Shown here piece by piece: positions 1 to 11,934 of a DNA stretch of 64,000 nucleotides. A model generated the notes under the pieces. The model searched no databases and was not told the origin of the DNA. It saw only the letters and a list, made by a program, of their open reading frames with translations. The position numbers and the translations under genes were made by a program. This DNA comes from Podarcis gaigeae. Its lineage: Eukaryota. The DNA lies in assembly GCA_964106915.2 (NCBI GenBank), contig OZ066915.1; one strand, given 5' to 3'. Numbering within the stretch: the stretch's first letter is position 1; each line of letters starts with the position of its first letter.

Positions 1-37
1 TGATCCTCAGGGTCCCTTCCAAGTCTACAATTCTATT
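1..37 (+). mobile_element. CR1 LINE 3' tail fragment
   Basis: gtcccttccaagtctacaattctat is typical of a CR1 3' end; inverted copies at 33877, 33997 and 59021. Confidence 0.6.
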
Positions 38-565
38 ATCCTATCTGGTTGGGTGGAGATGGAGCTCTTTTAAGTTGGAAGGGATCCGTCCACACTGGAG
101 ATGCTGGGAATTGCTCTTTACATATTAACGTCTTTGGCAGAAACCAACACTTTGCATTCTTTCTGACCGAGTGAGACAAATTACATACAATGCAGTTTTG
201 TGTTTCTTTAAAAATATATTTTATTAGAGAAAGTTGAGGTGGATTCATTCAACCCTCTTTTTTCAGCACAAGGTTGTTGCTGCTGTTTTACATTTACTCT
301 GTTGGGTTGATCCATTTGGATCCCTAATCGCGCGGCAGGTTCAGCAAGTGCACACATTGAGACTACAAATTAATTTACCTGTCTCCAAAAAAGTATAAGA
401 TCAGGAGTGTCACAGGTCTCTCTGCTAGCAGGCACCAGATAAAAATTATCCCTGTGGTAGAGAAAGCAGCCATGTCAGAATGCAACTTTGGGAAGTATGC
501 ATGTTGCTGTGTACTTGTGATGAGAATATATGACTGTGTGGGTGTGTACTTACGTCAGTTGAATG

Positions 566-567
<2 letters not shown>

Positions 568-643
<76 letters not shown>
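568..643. repeat. Compound (GT)n(GA)n microsatellite
   Basis: Seen directly. Confidence 0.95.
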
Positions 644-649
<6 letters not shown>

Positions 650-651
<2 letters not shown>

Positions 652-932
652 CCCTATCTGCACTATATATTTAAAGCAGGGTCATACCCCTTTAAACTTA
701 TATTTAAAGCAGGATCATACCCCTTTAAACTTCCTGGTTCTCCCCAAAGCTGTAGGATTAAGAAATTGTAGGATTAAGGATGCTGATAGATATTAGGAGA
801 CCCCCTCCCAGAACTACAATTCCCAGAGCTCCCTGGGAAGAGGGATTGATTGTTAAACCTCTCTGGGAGTTGTAGCATTGTGAAGAGAATAGGGGTCTCT
901 TAACACCACCCCTAACAAAGTGCCTTCCTGGG
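650..932. mobile_element. Palindromic non-autonomous DNA element (MITE-like), partial
   Basis: Internal inverted arms ttaggagacccc/ggggtctcttaa and ctacaattcccagag/ctctgggagttgtag; 33-bp tandem duplication at 666-731. Confidence 0.6.
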
Positions 933-1245
933 TCACGTTGGTCTGGATTTAATGAAAATATTTTCTGGTCAAAATCTGCAAAATATTTCCAGATTGGCCA
1001 GGAGCTCCTGGTAAGCCACACGACAGTTCACGAGAGAGCAGAGCATGGGTGAATGCGTAGGTGTGGAATGAGGAGCAGAGTGGAGAGCACAAGGCATGGA
1101 GGAGCGGGAGTGGGGGTTTAGTACAGTGGGGTGAAAGAGAGAGATCAGGGTGCAAGGGCTGGGAGGAAGATCTGGGAGAGAGGCACTGGCTGCATGGTGC
1201 TGGCCATGCTGGACAGGCGTTGTTGACAAGCTCCCTGCTCTCCAG

Positions 1246-1399
1246 CAAGCTGCACTGCATGCGCAACTACATCCACATGAACCTCTTCGCCTCCTTCATC
1301 CTGAAGGGCATCTCGGTGCTTATTATCGACAAGCTGCTCAACACTCACTTCAACCAGAAGATTGACGACTACAGTGTGGGTCTTTGGCTGAGTGATGAG
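1246..1399 (+). CDS. GCGR: GCGR exon (ICL1-TM2-ECL1)
   Basis: tccag|C AAG CTG CAC...GAT GAG|gtgagt; KLHCMRN...WLSDE. Confidence 0.95.
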
Positions 1400-4300
1400 G
1401 TGAGTTAAACATTCCTGTTCCCCACCCCCTTTTTTTCACACTTGCTTAATTTTCATTTCCTTTGTTCCCTTTCCCCAGGGAGCATGAAGGTTCAGTTGAT
1501 TCGCCTCTGCACCACACATAAACAATTATGGTAACCCAACAACCCCTGCCTACAATACTTGGTAGCTACACACTAGGGGCCACTCCCAAGTAGTTGTTTT
1601 CATATAAAAATTCACAAGAGCCAGCAAATAAGGGGGGAAAGGCATAGGATGTTTTCTCAGAGCTTTCACGATGCTTAAGTCAGCTTGTAATGCATCCATA
1701 ATGTCCCGGTTAAAACCTAAGTTTGGCGACTACCGTATTTTTTGCTCTATAAGACTCACTTTTTCCCTTCTAAAAAGTAAGGGGAAATGTGTGTGCATCT
1801 TATGGAGTGAATGCAAGCTGCGCAGCTATCACAGAAGCCAGAACAGCAAGAGGGATTGCTGCTTTCACTGCGCAGCGATCCCTCTTGCTGTTCTGGCTTC
1901 TGAGATTCAGAATATTTTTTTTCTTGTTTTCCTCCTCCAAAAACTAGGTGAGTCTTGTGGTCTGGTGCGTCTTATAGAGCGAAAAATACGGTATATCGTT
2001 TCTCTGATGCATCCAGTCATGAGTTAAAAACATACCCCCAGAGTGCAAGAGCAATTTCTGGTATCTGGAATTAAACTGCTGGAAGGCTGGACCGTGTGGG
2101 CTAAGCCCTGCTTCAAATGAAGCCATGCCAATAGCATCCCCAATAGCACCTTCTTCAACCCTCCTCTGGTTCAGTACTCACCTTCACTCATGGATATGGG
2201 AACCAGAACCACCAGGCTTTGCTGTCACCAAGCAGCCTGAACCAGCTACATTTCCAAACTTGATCCAAGCCATTGCCTCGTTGCCAAGTCCTACGCATTA
2301 CTGCCACTTGAGACCTCCTGTACTGGCGGCTTTTGTTTTTAACGTACCAACCACAAAACTATGGAGAGTGGCAAACTGCCGCCCCCATGAATCTGCCTGC
2401 TAAAGGGACATGTTCACTTTGTGTTGAAGCTGATCCAGGGGTTGGGTTGTAGAGAGGGGTAGGGTGGGGGAGGAGAGCTTCTCGCTGAGAGTTCCTGGAC
2501 TTTCCTTGCCCTTCTCACTGACCCCTTGTCATTCCCCCAGGCAGCAGCCAGGTGCCGGGCAGCCACTGTGTTCATGCAGTACGGCATTGTGGCCAACTAT
2601 TGCTGGCTGCTGGTGGAGGGGCTCTACCTGCACAACTTGCTGGTGTTGGCCGTCTTCTCCGAGCGCAGCTACTTCAGCCTCTACCTCTGCATCGGCTGGG
2701 GTGAGTATATGCAGGGTTGCCAAGGCCCTGGAAAGGACGAGTGACTGAGTGTCAGAGGCACCTTCGCTGGAGCAGAAACAGCTGGGCGAGAGTCACTGAG
2801 GGTGGCAGGGAAGGAGAAGCACTGTGGCTGGAGATTGCGCTAATCTGCACTGTTTATTATGGCAAGGGTGGGGAAGCTCCAGTCCATATGGGCCAAAATG
2901 GTTTCCCTCGAAAGACGTCAGGTGTGGGGCAGGCAGAGATGCGGCTTGACCAGGGGATGTGCTGATGGGCGGTGACTTCAAGTCTGTTGATTAATAGCAC
3001 TTCAAAGAAATTTGGCTTGTGGGGGGTAGGGGAGATAAGGCCAGGATTCCCACCTTTATGTTATGGGGACGGGGCATATGACCTTGTCTTAGAGTTATGG
3101 GATGGGGAGAGTGTGACACAGAAGGTAATGATGGTGACAATGGTCAGTGTTGGAGCCAGAGCAGGGCTGTCCTGTGACATTTGCCGCTGTAAGCAAATCA
3201 CCCCAGCAACACCCCTACCTCCATGATGACACCCCTCTGCAGATCCGGGGGGCCCTGCCTCCCGCCATACGTGCACTGCGGCCAGCCCCACTACAGCAGG
3301 GCTGGACTTGGGTCTTTCAAATTTCAGTGGCGCTCTGTATGAGGCCAAAATTCATCGCACACCCCCTTCTCTTGCTGCTCAGTTTACCATGTTATACAGT
3401 GGTACCTTGGGTTAAGAACTTAATTCGTTCTGGAGGTCCGTTCTTAACCTGAAGCACCACTTTAGCTAATGGGGCCTCCCTCTGCCACTGTGCCGCCGCT
3501 GCACGATTTCTGTTCTCATCCTGAAGCAAAGTTCTTAACCCGGGGTACTATTTCTGGGTTAGCGGAGTCTGTAACCTGAAGCGTCTGTAACCCGAGCTAC
3601 CACTGTAGTTGCAAGCCCTGCTGCATCCCCTAGGCTAAGCACCCAGTATGGTGGAACCAGTCACGCTGCCCTAAATCCATCTCTGACAACACCTGCACCT
3701 GCAATGCTGCCATGATGCAGTGGCAGCAGTGAGGCTGCAGCAATGAGGGCACAGTGGCAGTGGTCTGTGGCAGTGGCACAGACAAAGCCCCGGCAGGGCT
3801 GGCAGCGGCACAGTGGTGGGGCCCAGAGTGTCATTTCAGTGGACTGAAGGACTCTGAAGGACTGAGATCCATCAGAAGCTCCCACTGGAGGAAGGGGAAA
3901 GGGTCATTTTTGCCTATTTCACCCCTTCTCTTCCCCCTCTCACTGTTTTAGAGGATCCCCTACGCCTTCAGTTGTTCAGAGTGCGCAGGGGGGCTTCAGA
4001 GGGAAAGAGGAACTGGCAAACATCACCTGCCCCCTGCCTCCAGCAGGAGTTTCCTGTGAATTGAGTTATGCTCACAGAAACTCTGAGTCCAAGGCAGATA
4101 ATGCCTCATTGCTTGACCAACACAGTGCCATTTTACCCAGAATTTATTCCTCTAAGTAACAGAGGTGCCTTTGCTTTACTTTTCTGTACATTTAAAAAAA
4201 ACAACTTTGGAAGAATGATAGCCTCCACAAGCCCTCCTGTGGGTGAAAGACCTAGATATGCCATTGAATGAGCATGTTGCTTGATCAATGGCTTTCTGCA

Positions 4301-7300
4301 ATCACTGTCTTTTAATGGCAAGAATTAGATTATAAAGTCCCAAGTGCTCCTTTATCTAGAGCCTTCCTGAGTAATTTTTTGTCTATTAAAATCTTGCATG
4401 TTCAGACTTTGCAATGGTTTCAGATTAGCTAGGAATTGTGAGGTTCTGGTGAAGCCAGCATTGAGCATCCCTACCTTACTATTTATTTCCTCTAAAAAGA
4501 GAAAATCAAGATATGCCTGCTTGAATGTCAGATTTGACCCTTGTGACTACCAGCTACCTGCTAAATAGCTGCCTTCTTTCTTTCTGAGCGTGAGAGACTA
4601 AAGGGCAAGCAAGACGTGTTATGAATGATGCATGGGCTGCAATTGAGAAGAGCAACAGCATATTCTCTCTCGGTTTTCCTGGTAAACATCCAGTAAAAGA
4701 TAGATGGATGTGATGTCATCATTCTCAGAGTTTGCCAACCCTAGGGATGAGTGAATCAGTCTGTTTGCAGCCTGTGTCACTTTTGCAGGCATTCTGCAAG
4801 AACACATTAAGCTGCAATTTTAAAACATAATAATGCCACGTGACAATTCACATTTCTCCCCATACAAATAGAAGCATAAGGCTGCTGTCATGCTGGAGTT
4901 CACATAGCCCCCAGTAGGCAGCCAGGCCAACTCCAGCATAACAGCATGCAGGTAAGTGGGCAAGCAGGCCATTTGGCAAGTAAGCAGCATGGGTGGAAAG
5001 CGGCCCAGGCAAGGGGTTGAACAAAAGGGAAGAAGTGGTCCACAGAGAGGTTTGACAAACCACTCTCTGAAACATCTGTCCCGCTCCGTTAAACATGGCT
5101 ACAGCAAGGTTTAACAGGGGGCAGGGGCTTCAGAAAACAGCTCTCTGAAGTGCCTCAGACTTTCTTACTTTAAAAGGTGGGGTTGGGGTGAGCTGTGAGG
5201 GGGGAAAGGAGGGGTGTGGGATAAGCAGGGGGTGGAGCTGTTAGGTGGGGCAGGGGTTTGGGGCAAGCTGTGAAGGAAGGAAAACTGTGAGGGGATCAGC
5301 CAGGGGGTGGGTGGGGCATAGGAGCAGCAGCCCCTATTCAACAAGTAAATATGTATCTGAACTTAACATTCTTTCAAAATATGCATTTCCAAACACCTCT
5401 TGTCTCAAAATACATATTTCTAAACGTTTCCCCCTTCAAAAGACCAATTCCTAAACACATTTGGACACGTATTTTGAGGCAAGAATTGTGCTGGAACATT
5501 TGGGAAGTGTGAAAGACGTCAGCTAACTAAGTTCAGATCCACACATTGGCCTGGGAGGCACCGATCAGGTGAGCTCATATCAGAAATAACAGAAACAGAA
5601 GCATGCCAAGCCCCACCTCCTGCACTCGATTGGCTGCTCCTTACAGCAAAGGGGGGGGGGACATTTTGGGTACGATAATGACACCGTCTCATCTGTCTTC
5701 TTTCAGTAAACATTACTGGGGAGACATGGGAAGGAGACAGTGCTGTTCTCCGCAGTAGTCATCCATCCCTCATGACTAGTAATGTTTGCCCCAAAGGGCA
5801 AGCAGCTCTACATGGAACAGCACATTGTACTGCAGCTAAGGACATGTAGAGATTGTAGTTTTTGAGGGCATTCTGTTGTTGATGTTTTCAGTAAAAATGA
5901 TCACCCACCCTCTTACCCCCACCATGGTCTCATGTCAAGTAGATTTTTGAGACATTGCAACAGTAGCAGCAGCAGCAGCAACAACAACCCGATAGCATCT
6001 ATTTGACCAGAGACAACAGTGGGTGAGAGATATTTACACTCTGGCTAACAAGTGGTTCTTATCATACCACTGCCTAATTGCTAAAGAGCTACTGCCTGCA
6101 TGGGACTTCTGATGCCAACTCTTGCATCTTATCCCTCGGGTAATCAACCTAGTGCCCTCCAGATGTCCTCAGACTTCAGCTCCCATTAGCCCCAACCAGC
6201 AGGGTGAATGATCAGGGATTATGGGAGTTGTAGTCCAAATAAATTTTGAGGACACCACTTTGGCTGCCTGCATCTTATCCTATCTATCTTAAAAGCAGGT
6301 TTAATCCATAAACTGGGCTCCTTTGGGAGGAAGGGTAGGATATGAGTTTAATAAATAAATATACTTTTCCACATTCTGTTTTGAAAGTGTCTGATGGTGC
6401 TTCCACATGGCAGACTATTGTGATCTCAGTGCTACACATGCATGCAAGCTTTGCACGGTGCCCACACAATGCTGATATTGGGTGTTGTTGTTGTTGTTGT
6501 TATTTTGAACAACATAAAAGCTAAAAAGGTATACTATATCATATGGGATGGCATTTTGATGTCATGTGGTCACTGCCCAAAACTTGGTCTACACGAACAT
6601 CACTGAGTCTGCAGTAAACTCTCCCATAACAATGCCATTTGTGCCTCTTGCTAGCTGCTTCCTACTAAGCAATTATACAGACACAGTTGTATCCAACGAA
6701 GTCATTTCATGAGCAGAATGGCTCCCGCAAACACGATGGGATTTCCCTTCCCTCTCCTCCCTCTTCACACCCCTGCCACTGCCTGCAAGCCTGCTCTGGA
6801 GATTGGGAGAGGGACCTGGAGCAGGTTTGGGAGGAAGGAAGCCCCTCCGCAATCTAGAAACATCCAGGTCTTGCCTGGAAATCTGAGGTTTTGTCTCTTT
6901 CCGGTGAAGCCACGCCTAAACCACATGTGCCATTTGGCAACCAGGCCAGGTTGGATTGTCTCTGTGTTCATGGAGCCTGGGCTGGGAGACAAGAGCTGTC
7001 AACTTAGATTGGCCTCTTCACCTAGAGAATGCATAACTCCAAGCAAATTGACTGCAGTGATACTCCCAAGATTTGAGGATCCCTCGACTCCCTGCACCTC
7101 CTGGTTGCGTTTAATGAGCCACTGGCAGATCTTGAGTCAGGATGAATCTAGTGCAGAAACTCTTCTTAGGTTAAATTCCTCTGTCCTGCCAGACAGAGGC
7201 CGTTCCTTTTTTAATAAATAAATAAATAAAATTTCCCCCCCTCTCTTTTTCTTCCAGGGGCCCCAGTACTCTTCATTGTGCCATGGGTAGTGGTGAAATT

Positions 7301-7535
7301 TCTTTATGAAAATATTCAGTAAGTTCCAGGACAATGTGTGTCTCTGCCGTGCAGACTGTTTGTAGGTTATCTGTAATGCTTCTGTCATTGCCAGGCAACT
7401 TAACAGGTGACATTCCTATGAGGGCTATGGGTGTGAGCAGACCACATTGTACTAAGTGTGAGCAGTGGGGGTGGGAGGTGCTGCAAGGAAGAAGATAGTG
7501 TGCCAGGCCACACTTGTTGCACACAATCCATGGTT

Positions 7536-7579
<44 letters not shown>

Positions 7580-10500
7580 TCCTGAGATGCTGGAGTACCA
7601 ATCATAACATGGGGTTCTGGTGGATCCTGCGTTTCCCTGTGTTCCTGGCCATCTTGGTGAGTTCTCTTTATTCCTCGCTTGTCTCAGATGCCCACTGAAC
7701 CGCCCACAATGGCTGTCCTTGTCCAGCAAAATCCAGAGGGAACAATCATTTTCCTGCCTCCAGCCTTCTTATTTGGTGTTCCTGAAAAATGAATAGGGCA
7801 ACCTCCAAGTAATAAAATGTCTAAGGGCCACAATGTGATGCACCTTGTCAGGCAAGGGGTAGGTGGTGAACCAATTTTGGCCTGAAAGCCACATTAGCCA
7901 CGTTGGGGGTATGCACACAGGGGCACACAGCCCACTTCCTTAACTGATGGATGCAGATCAGCTGAGGGAATTATCAACCCCCCTCCCCTTCCATAAAATG
8001 ATCAAGTTGATGACAGGGAAGAGGGCACACAGCATCACCATCAAGGTGCTGAGCAGGGCATAGAGGCTTAAACCAGCACTGTCTCAACTAATTAACTAAA
8101 TTATTTTTTGTGCTGTCAAGATGCTGCTGGGGTGGGGTGAGAAAACATTTCTTTGGGGACCCAATTTAGCCTCCAAGCCTAAGATAAGCCACCCCTGTTG
8201 TCCATGTTACCAACAACAATCATTTAGTATGTATATTATAGACAGCACTTTCCCTAAGTGCTCAAATCACAAAATGTTATTAGCAAGCATATGTACCAGT
8301 GATCCAGTAACTGTTCTGCAAACGTCTAATCCTATAGCCCCAGTGATGCATAGACATGGTCACAGCCTGGGGAGACCTGTGCAAGCCACTGAGAGCTTAT
8401 GATGGGTCCAGAATTAATAACAGTAGTAATCGTGGCTAAAATTAGACCCTTATTTGCTATGCGTGTCTTTTGACTCTCCTGCAGTCCTGCCTCTTCTTCC
8501 CACTCAGACACTCTCTCTCTCTCTTTCAGATCAACTTCTTCATTTTCATCCGTATCATTCAGATATTGGTCTCTAAGCTCCGTGCCCACCAGATGCGCTA
8601 CACAGACTACAAATTCCGGTACTGGCTCCTGCTCCCACCCGTCCCTGCTCTACAGTGCCATAGCTTTTCCCGGGATGGGAAGGTTCTTTTATCATCCTGT
8701 TTACGCCATCATTGCCCATGGCATCACAGCCTTTGTAGGTTAGGGGTATCCCTTCCACATGTCCATGGGTTTGGGGGATGGGTACACTGACTTTTTAAGG
8801 TGGCCTTCGATACGGGTCTAGCAGGTTTCTTTTCTTGTCATTCATAAGCCCATTCGTTCCTCCACCAGGTAGGTGGTTCATACGGGGTTCGGGCTAAATA
8901 CTGTGGGATGCTGCTGCCTTTTGCTTGTCATGCATTCTAATTAGCTGATGCCCCATTTAGGCTGGCCAAGTCAACACTGACGCTCATCCCGTTGCTGGGA
9001 ATCCACGAGGTGGTTTTTGCCTTTGTCACCGATGAGCATGCCCAGGGCACGCTGCGCTATGTCAAGCTCTTCTTTGACCTCTTCCTCAGCTCCTTCCAGG
9101 TGAGGCACACCAGAAGCCCATTCTTTGCTCAGGCCCATTCAAAAACTATAGAGAGACAAGCCTTTCTGGTTGCAATTATTATTTAATGTACGTTTCTGTG
9201 TATAAGACTAGGTTTTTTCCTATAAAAATTACGCTAAAAAGTGGGAGTTTCTTATACATGGATAGTGCATAGGGCGGACATTTGATTAGCTGCTGCCGTG
9301 TCTGTCCACGGCTGCTGGATGTGTTATTGGTTGCTGTGTCAATGGCTGGTGTTGATTGGCTGAAGCTGGGGCAATAGGACGGGTGATAGGCAACTTCTGC
9401 CAGTGAGGGAACAGATGAGCTCAACAACCCTGTGCAATCCCCCCCAAAGCACAATCCTCCCCCAAAAAAGCTCAAGATGTCTGAGCCATCTCCCCCCATC
9501 TTCTTAAATTTGAGTCCCCCAAAATAGGGGGTGTCATACATGGAAAAATACAGTAAATGGCATTATTCTGATTGACTTCTCTGCCTCTTTAGGGAATGCT
9601 GGTGGCCATTCTTTACTGCTTTGTGAATAAGGAGGTAAGTGTGCTCTAAACTGGGGTGGGGGTGTGGTGGAGGAGGGAGATACAGGACATGCAAGCTGCT
9701 GCACAGGTAGGAATGTATGGCAGCAAGGATGATTTCCACCTATATTATCTGCGTGGTATTGGAGGCACAGCTGGAACAAGATGCAATGTCTTTTGAAATA
9801 CTGTCAGAGATGAGTGACCTACCCAGCTTAATTCAAGTGGTAAGAAGGCAGATGCAGTCAAAGCTCCTCATCCGTGTGTGTCTGTCGCCCATGTAACTGG
9901 AACTGTGTAAGCAGAACACAACCAGTGCGGAGCTGTTGTTACAAGTACAACGGAATCTGTGCAAGTGTTGTTGGTTGTGTTTGCTTCTTTCTGTACCCAT
10001 TTCTGTTGCAACCGACCAGCTGCACATGGTTTCAGAAAGGGGCATGTGCAATTTTCAGTGGACAGAGCAGTAAGAGAGGTGGTGCTTAGCCCTTTCTCTG
10101 TCCGATGCTTTTCCACCACATCCTCCCATCTCCAATATGTCAGATCTTCTCAGCAAAGGTCTAGTCTGCACTGCTGATTTTGGAATTTGAGGGTGTCATG
10201 TGTCAGAGGGAGATGTGGTAAAAATGGCAGTGGGAAACATTTTAGGCACCCTTCTCCTTGAAAAATTTTCCCTTCTGAGGTTGCTTTTCACTACATGAAG
10301 CACACATGTTCAAATACACGTTTGTATGTAACTTGCAGTTGTGAGCCCTTAAACTGGCTGTATTACTCATATGCATGAGATTAATACAGAGTTTATTTAT
10401 AAAGGTTTATAATCCTGCCATTTGTGGCAAAGCAGCCTACAGCGGATAATAATATTTAAAAATACAACCTCAAACCAGTAAATAACACATCCTCCCCGCA

Positions 10501-10813
10501 AATGTTTCTATCTCCATAGGTGCAGTCAGAGCTCATGAAGAAATGGACGCGCTGGAAGCTTGGCTGGGACATAGAAGAGGAATACAAGCACACGTACAGC
10601 CACACACCCCATGTCCGCAACGGGGGTACCAGGACCGGTGAGAAGCACAAGCTGGTTGGCAACTACCTCAATGGGCTGGGCCGCAGCCAAGCCACCATGC
10701 ACACCAGCACTCAGTACCTGGAGAGGACAGCATGCAGTGCCAGTGAAAACTTGGCAGTGGCCGAGCAACCCCATTGCTACGAGTTCCCTGACACAGCCGA
10801 GAGCAACCTCTGA
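1246..10813 (+). CDS. GCGR: Glucagon receptor (class B GPCR), 5'-partial; 8 coding exons from ICL1/TM2 to the C-terminus
   Basis: Exons 1246-1399, 2541-2700, 7258-7318, 7587-7656, 8530-8618, 8961-9099, 9593-9634, 10520-10813 join in phase (1009 nt). Motifs [60 protein letters not shown] match GCGR. Synteny with MCRIP1-PPP1R27-P4HB favours GCGR over its paralogues. Confidence 0.95.
1731..1993. mobile_element. Tc1/mariner-pogo (Tigger-like) MITE
   Basis: TA flanks; 23-bp TIR CCGTATTTTTYGCTCTATAAGAC with 1 mismatch. Confidence 0.85.
2541..2700 (+). CDS. GCGR: GCGR exon (TM3-ICL2)
   Basis: cccag|GCA...TGG G|gtgagt; [27 protein letters not shown]...IGW. Confidence 0.95.
3395..3607. mobile_element. 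Tc1/mariner-pogo MITE (CAGTGGTACC TIR family)
   Basis: TA-CAGTGGTA...TACCACTG-TA; inverted homologue at 21288-21514. Confidence 0.85.
6133..6270. mobile_element. Short hAT-type MITE
   Basis: 8-bp TSD CATCTTAT (6125-6132, 6271-6278); same family as 13407 and 53868. Confidence 0.7.
7258..7318 (+). CDS. GCGR: GCGR exon (TM4)
   Basis: ttccag|GG GCC CCA...ATT CA|gtaagt; [20 protein letters not shown]; not in the ORF track. Confidence 0.93.
7534..7581. repeat. (TTTC)12 microsatellite
   Basis: Seen directly; immediately upstream of a GCGR acceptor. Confidence 0.95.
7587..7656 (+). CDS. GCGR: GCGR exon (ECL2-TM5)
   Basis: ctgag|A TGC TGG...ATC TTG|gtgagt; [23 protein letters not shown]. Confidence 0.92.
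8530..8618 (+). CDS. GCGR: GCGR exon (TM5-ICL3)
   Basis: ttcag|ATC AAC...TTC CG|gtactg; [30 protein letters not shown]. Confidence 0.94.
8961..9099 (+). CDS. GCGR: GCGR exon (TM6-ECL3-TM7)
   Basis: tttag|G CTG GCC AAG...TTC CAG|gtgagg; [29 protein letters not shown]...SSFQ. Confidence 0.95.
9187..9555. mobile_element. Degraded pogo/Tigger-like MITE
   Basis: Ends ...gtgtataagac and gtcatacatggaaaaatacagta resemble the TIR of 1731-1993. Confidence 0.55.
9593..9634 (+). CDS. GCGR: GCGR exon (TM7, 42 nt)
   Basis: tttag|GGA ATG...AAG GAG|gtaagt; [14 protein letters not shown]. Confidence 0.94.
10520..10813 (+). CDS. GCGR: GCGR last coding exon (helix 8 and C-tail)
   Basis: catag|GTG CAG TCA GAG...; [15 protein letters not shown]...[11 protein letters not shown]. 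Confidence 0.93.
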   Translation: MQSELMKKWTRWKLGWDIEEEYKHTYSHTPHVRNGGTRTGEKHKLVGNYLNGLGRSQATMHTSTQYLERTACSASENLAVAEQPHCYEFPDTAESNL

Positions 10814-11329
10814 AGCTGACTTGCCCGTCTGCCCCTGGCTTATGGGGCCTGTCTCACTCTTTGCCCCCTGAGGCAGCCATCCTGCAGAGCAAAGAGGGCA
10901 GCTGGCAGCCCAGGAGGCTGTGGGACACATGACTGGAAAGTGTGCCCTCTGCCAAGCAGCTCGGCGCTGACTAGATGGTGCAAATTCCTTTTCCGTGCTG
11001 GAGACATGCTTACGAGAGACCCAGCAAGATGAGCTGCCTTGCCTGTCCGCATGCCGAATGCTCCAGGACATGAGATCCAGGGGACAGCCCAGCCACAGGG
11101 CATCCTGACAGAGGTGACAATGCCAAACAAGCTTTGTAGTGGGAGGAGATTCTGTACCATTGTTAGGAAACTTTGAAAGCCTGCACATTTATGATTGTGC
11201 CAGAATCAGCACTGATCAGACTCCTTAAGAATCTCCGATTTCCTCTTTTTAAAAAAACAACAACCAAAATCCAACAACCAAGTTTCTAGTCCTCATAAAT
11301 TACAGAGAACAAGCACTATCTGCTAAATG

Positions 11330-11356
11330 CACACACACACACACACACACACACAC
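11330..11356. repeat. (CA)n microsatellite in the GCGR 3'UTR
   Basis: Seen directly. Confidence 0.9.
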
Positions 11357-11928
11357 AGGGTCTGTGCAATTTTTTTTTTTTAAATCAGTCATAGGGAAGG
11401 ATATATCTAGAGGCTATCATATGTTTCTTTCATTTTCCCCAAACAAATTGTGCAGCAAAACATGCAAATGTATGTATAATTGTCCTATGCGAAGTGTCCC
11501 ATTTGCAAAAGGCCAAATTTAGTGGTTGCAAAACTTGTACTCTCCAAGTACAAACTTTGCAGATCCACTTTCGCACATATGAAAATGTCGTATCTGGAAC
11601 AGAGACGTCTTTGCCTTCAGGGCACACGGGATGGCATACCACTTAAAGAGATATTTTGGAGCCGTGCAGAAAGCATTGCCTGCAGAGTTTGGAAGGAAAA
11701 CAGTACTACCATTCAGTATATATATCTACGTGGAAGTGACACGGCTCGCTTGGGTCATTGACTTTGTACGTGGCTCTACCATTGCATCCGCACTGTGGGC
11801 ATGCTTGCACCTTCTGTGCTGGGTGACTCTGTAAATCTACTTGTGTGGGCAATACAAGCTCTGAAGGCCACTTCTGTGTCTGCGTATGTCTGCCTGTCAG
11901 TGCCAATGTTCGGGTGATTGAAGGACCC

Positions 11929-11934
11929 AATAAA
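11929..11934 (+). terminator. Probable GCGR polyadenylation signal
   Basis: AATAAA ~1.1 kb after the stop, followed by GT-rich ttgtgctgtatgtc. Confidence 0.55.

Noticed and set aside
6709-7221. 170-aa plus-strand ORF in a GCGR intron
   Set aside because: Starts in a repeat-like palindromic segment; no homology recognised and not needed for the GCGR model.
10526-11188. 220-aa minus-strand ORF
   Set aside because: Antisense shadow of the GCGR last exon and GC-rich 3'UTR; no recognisable domain.
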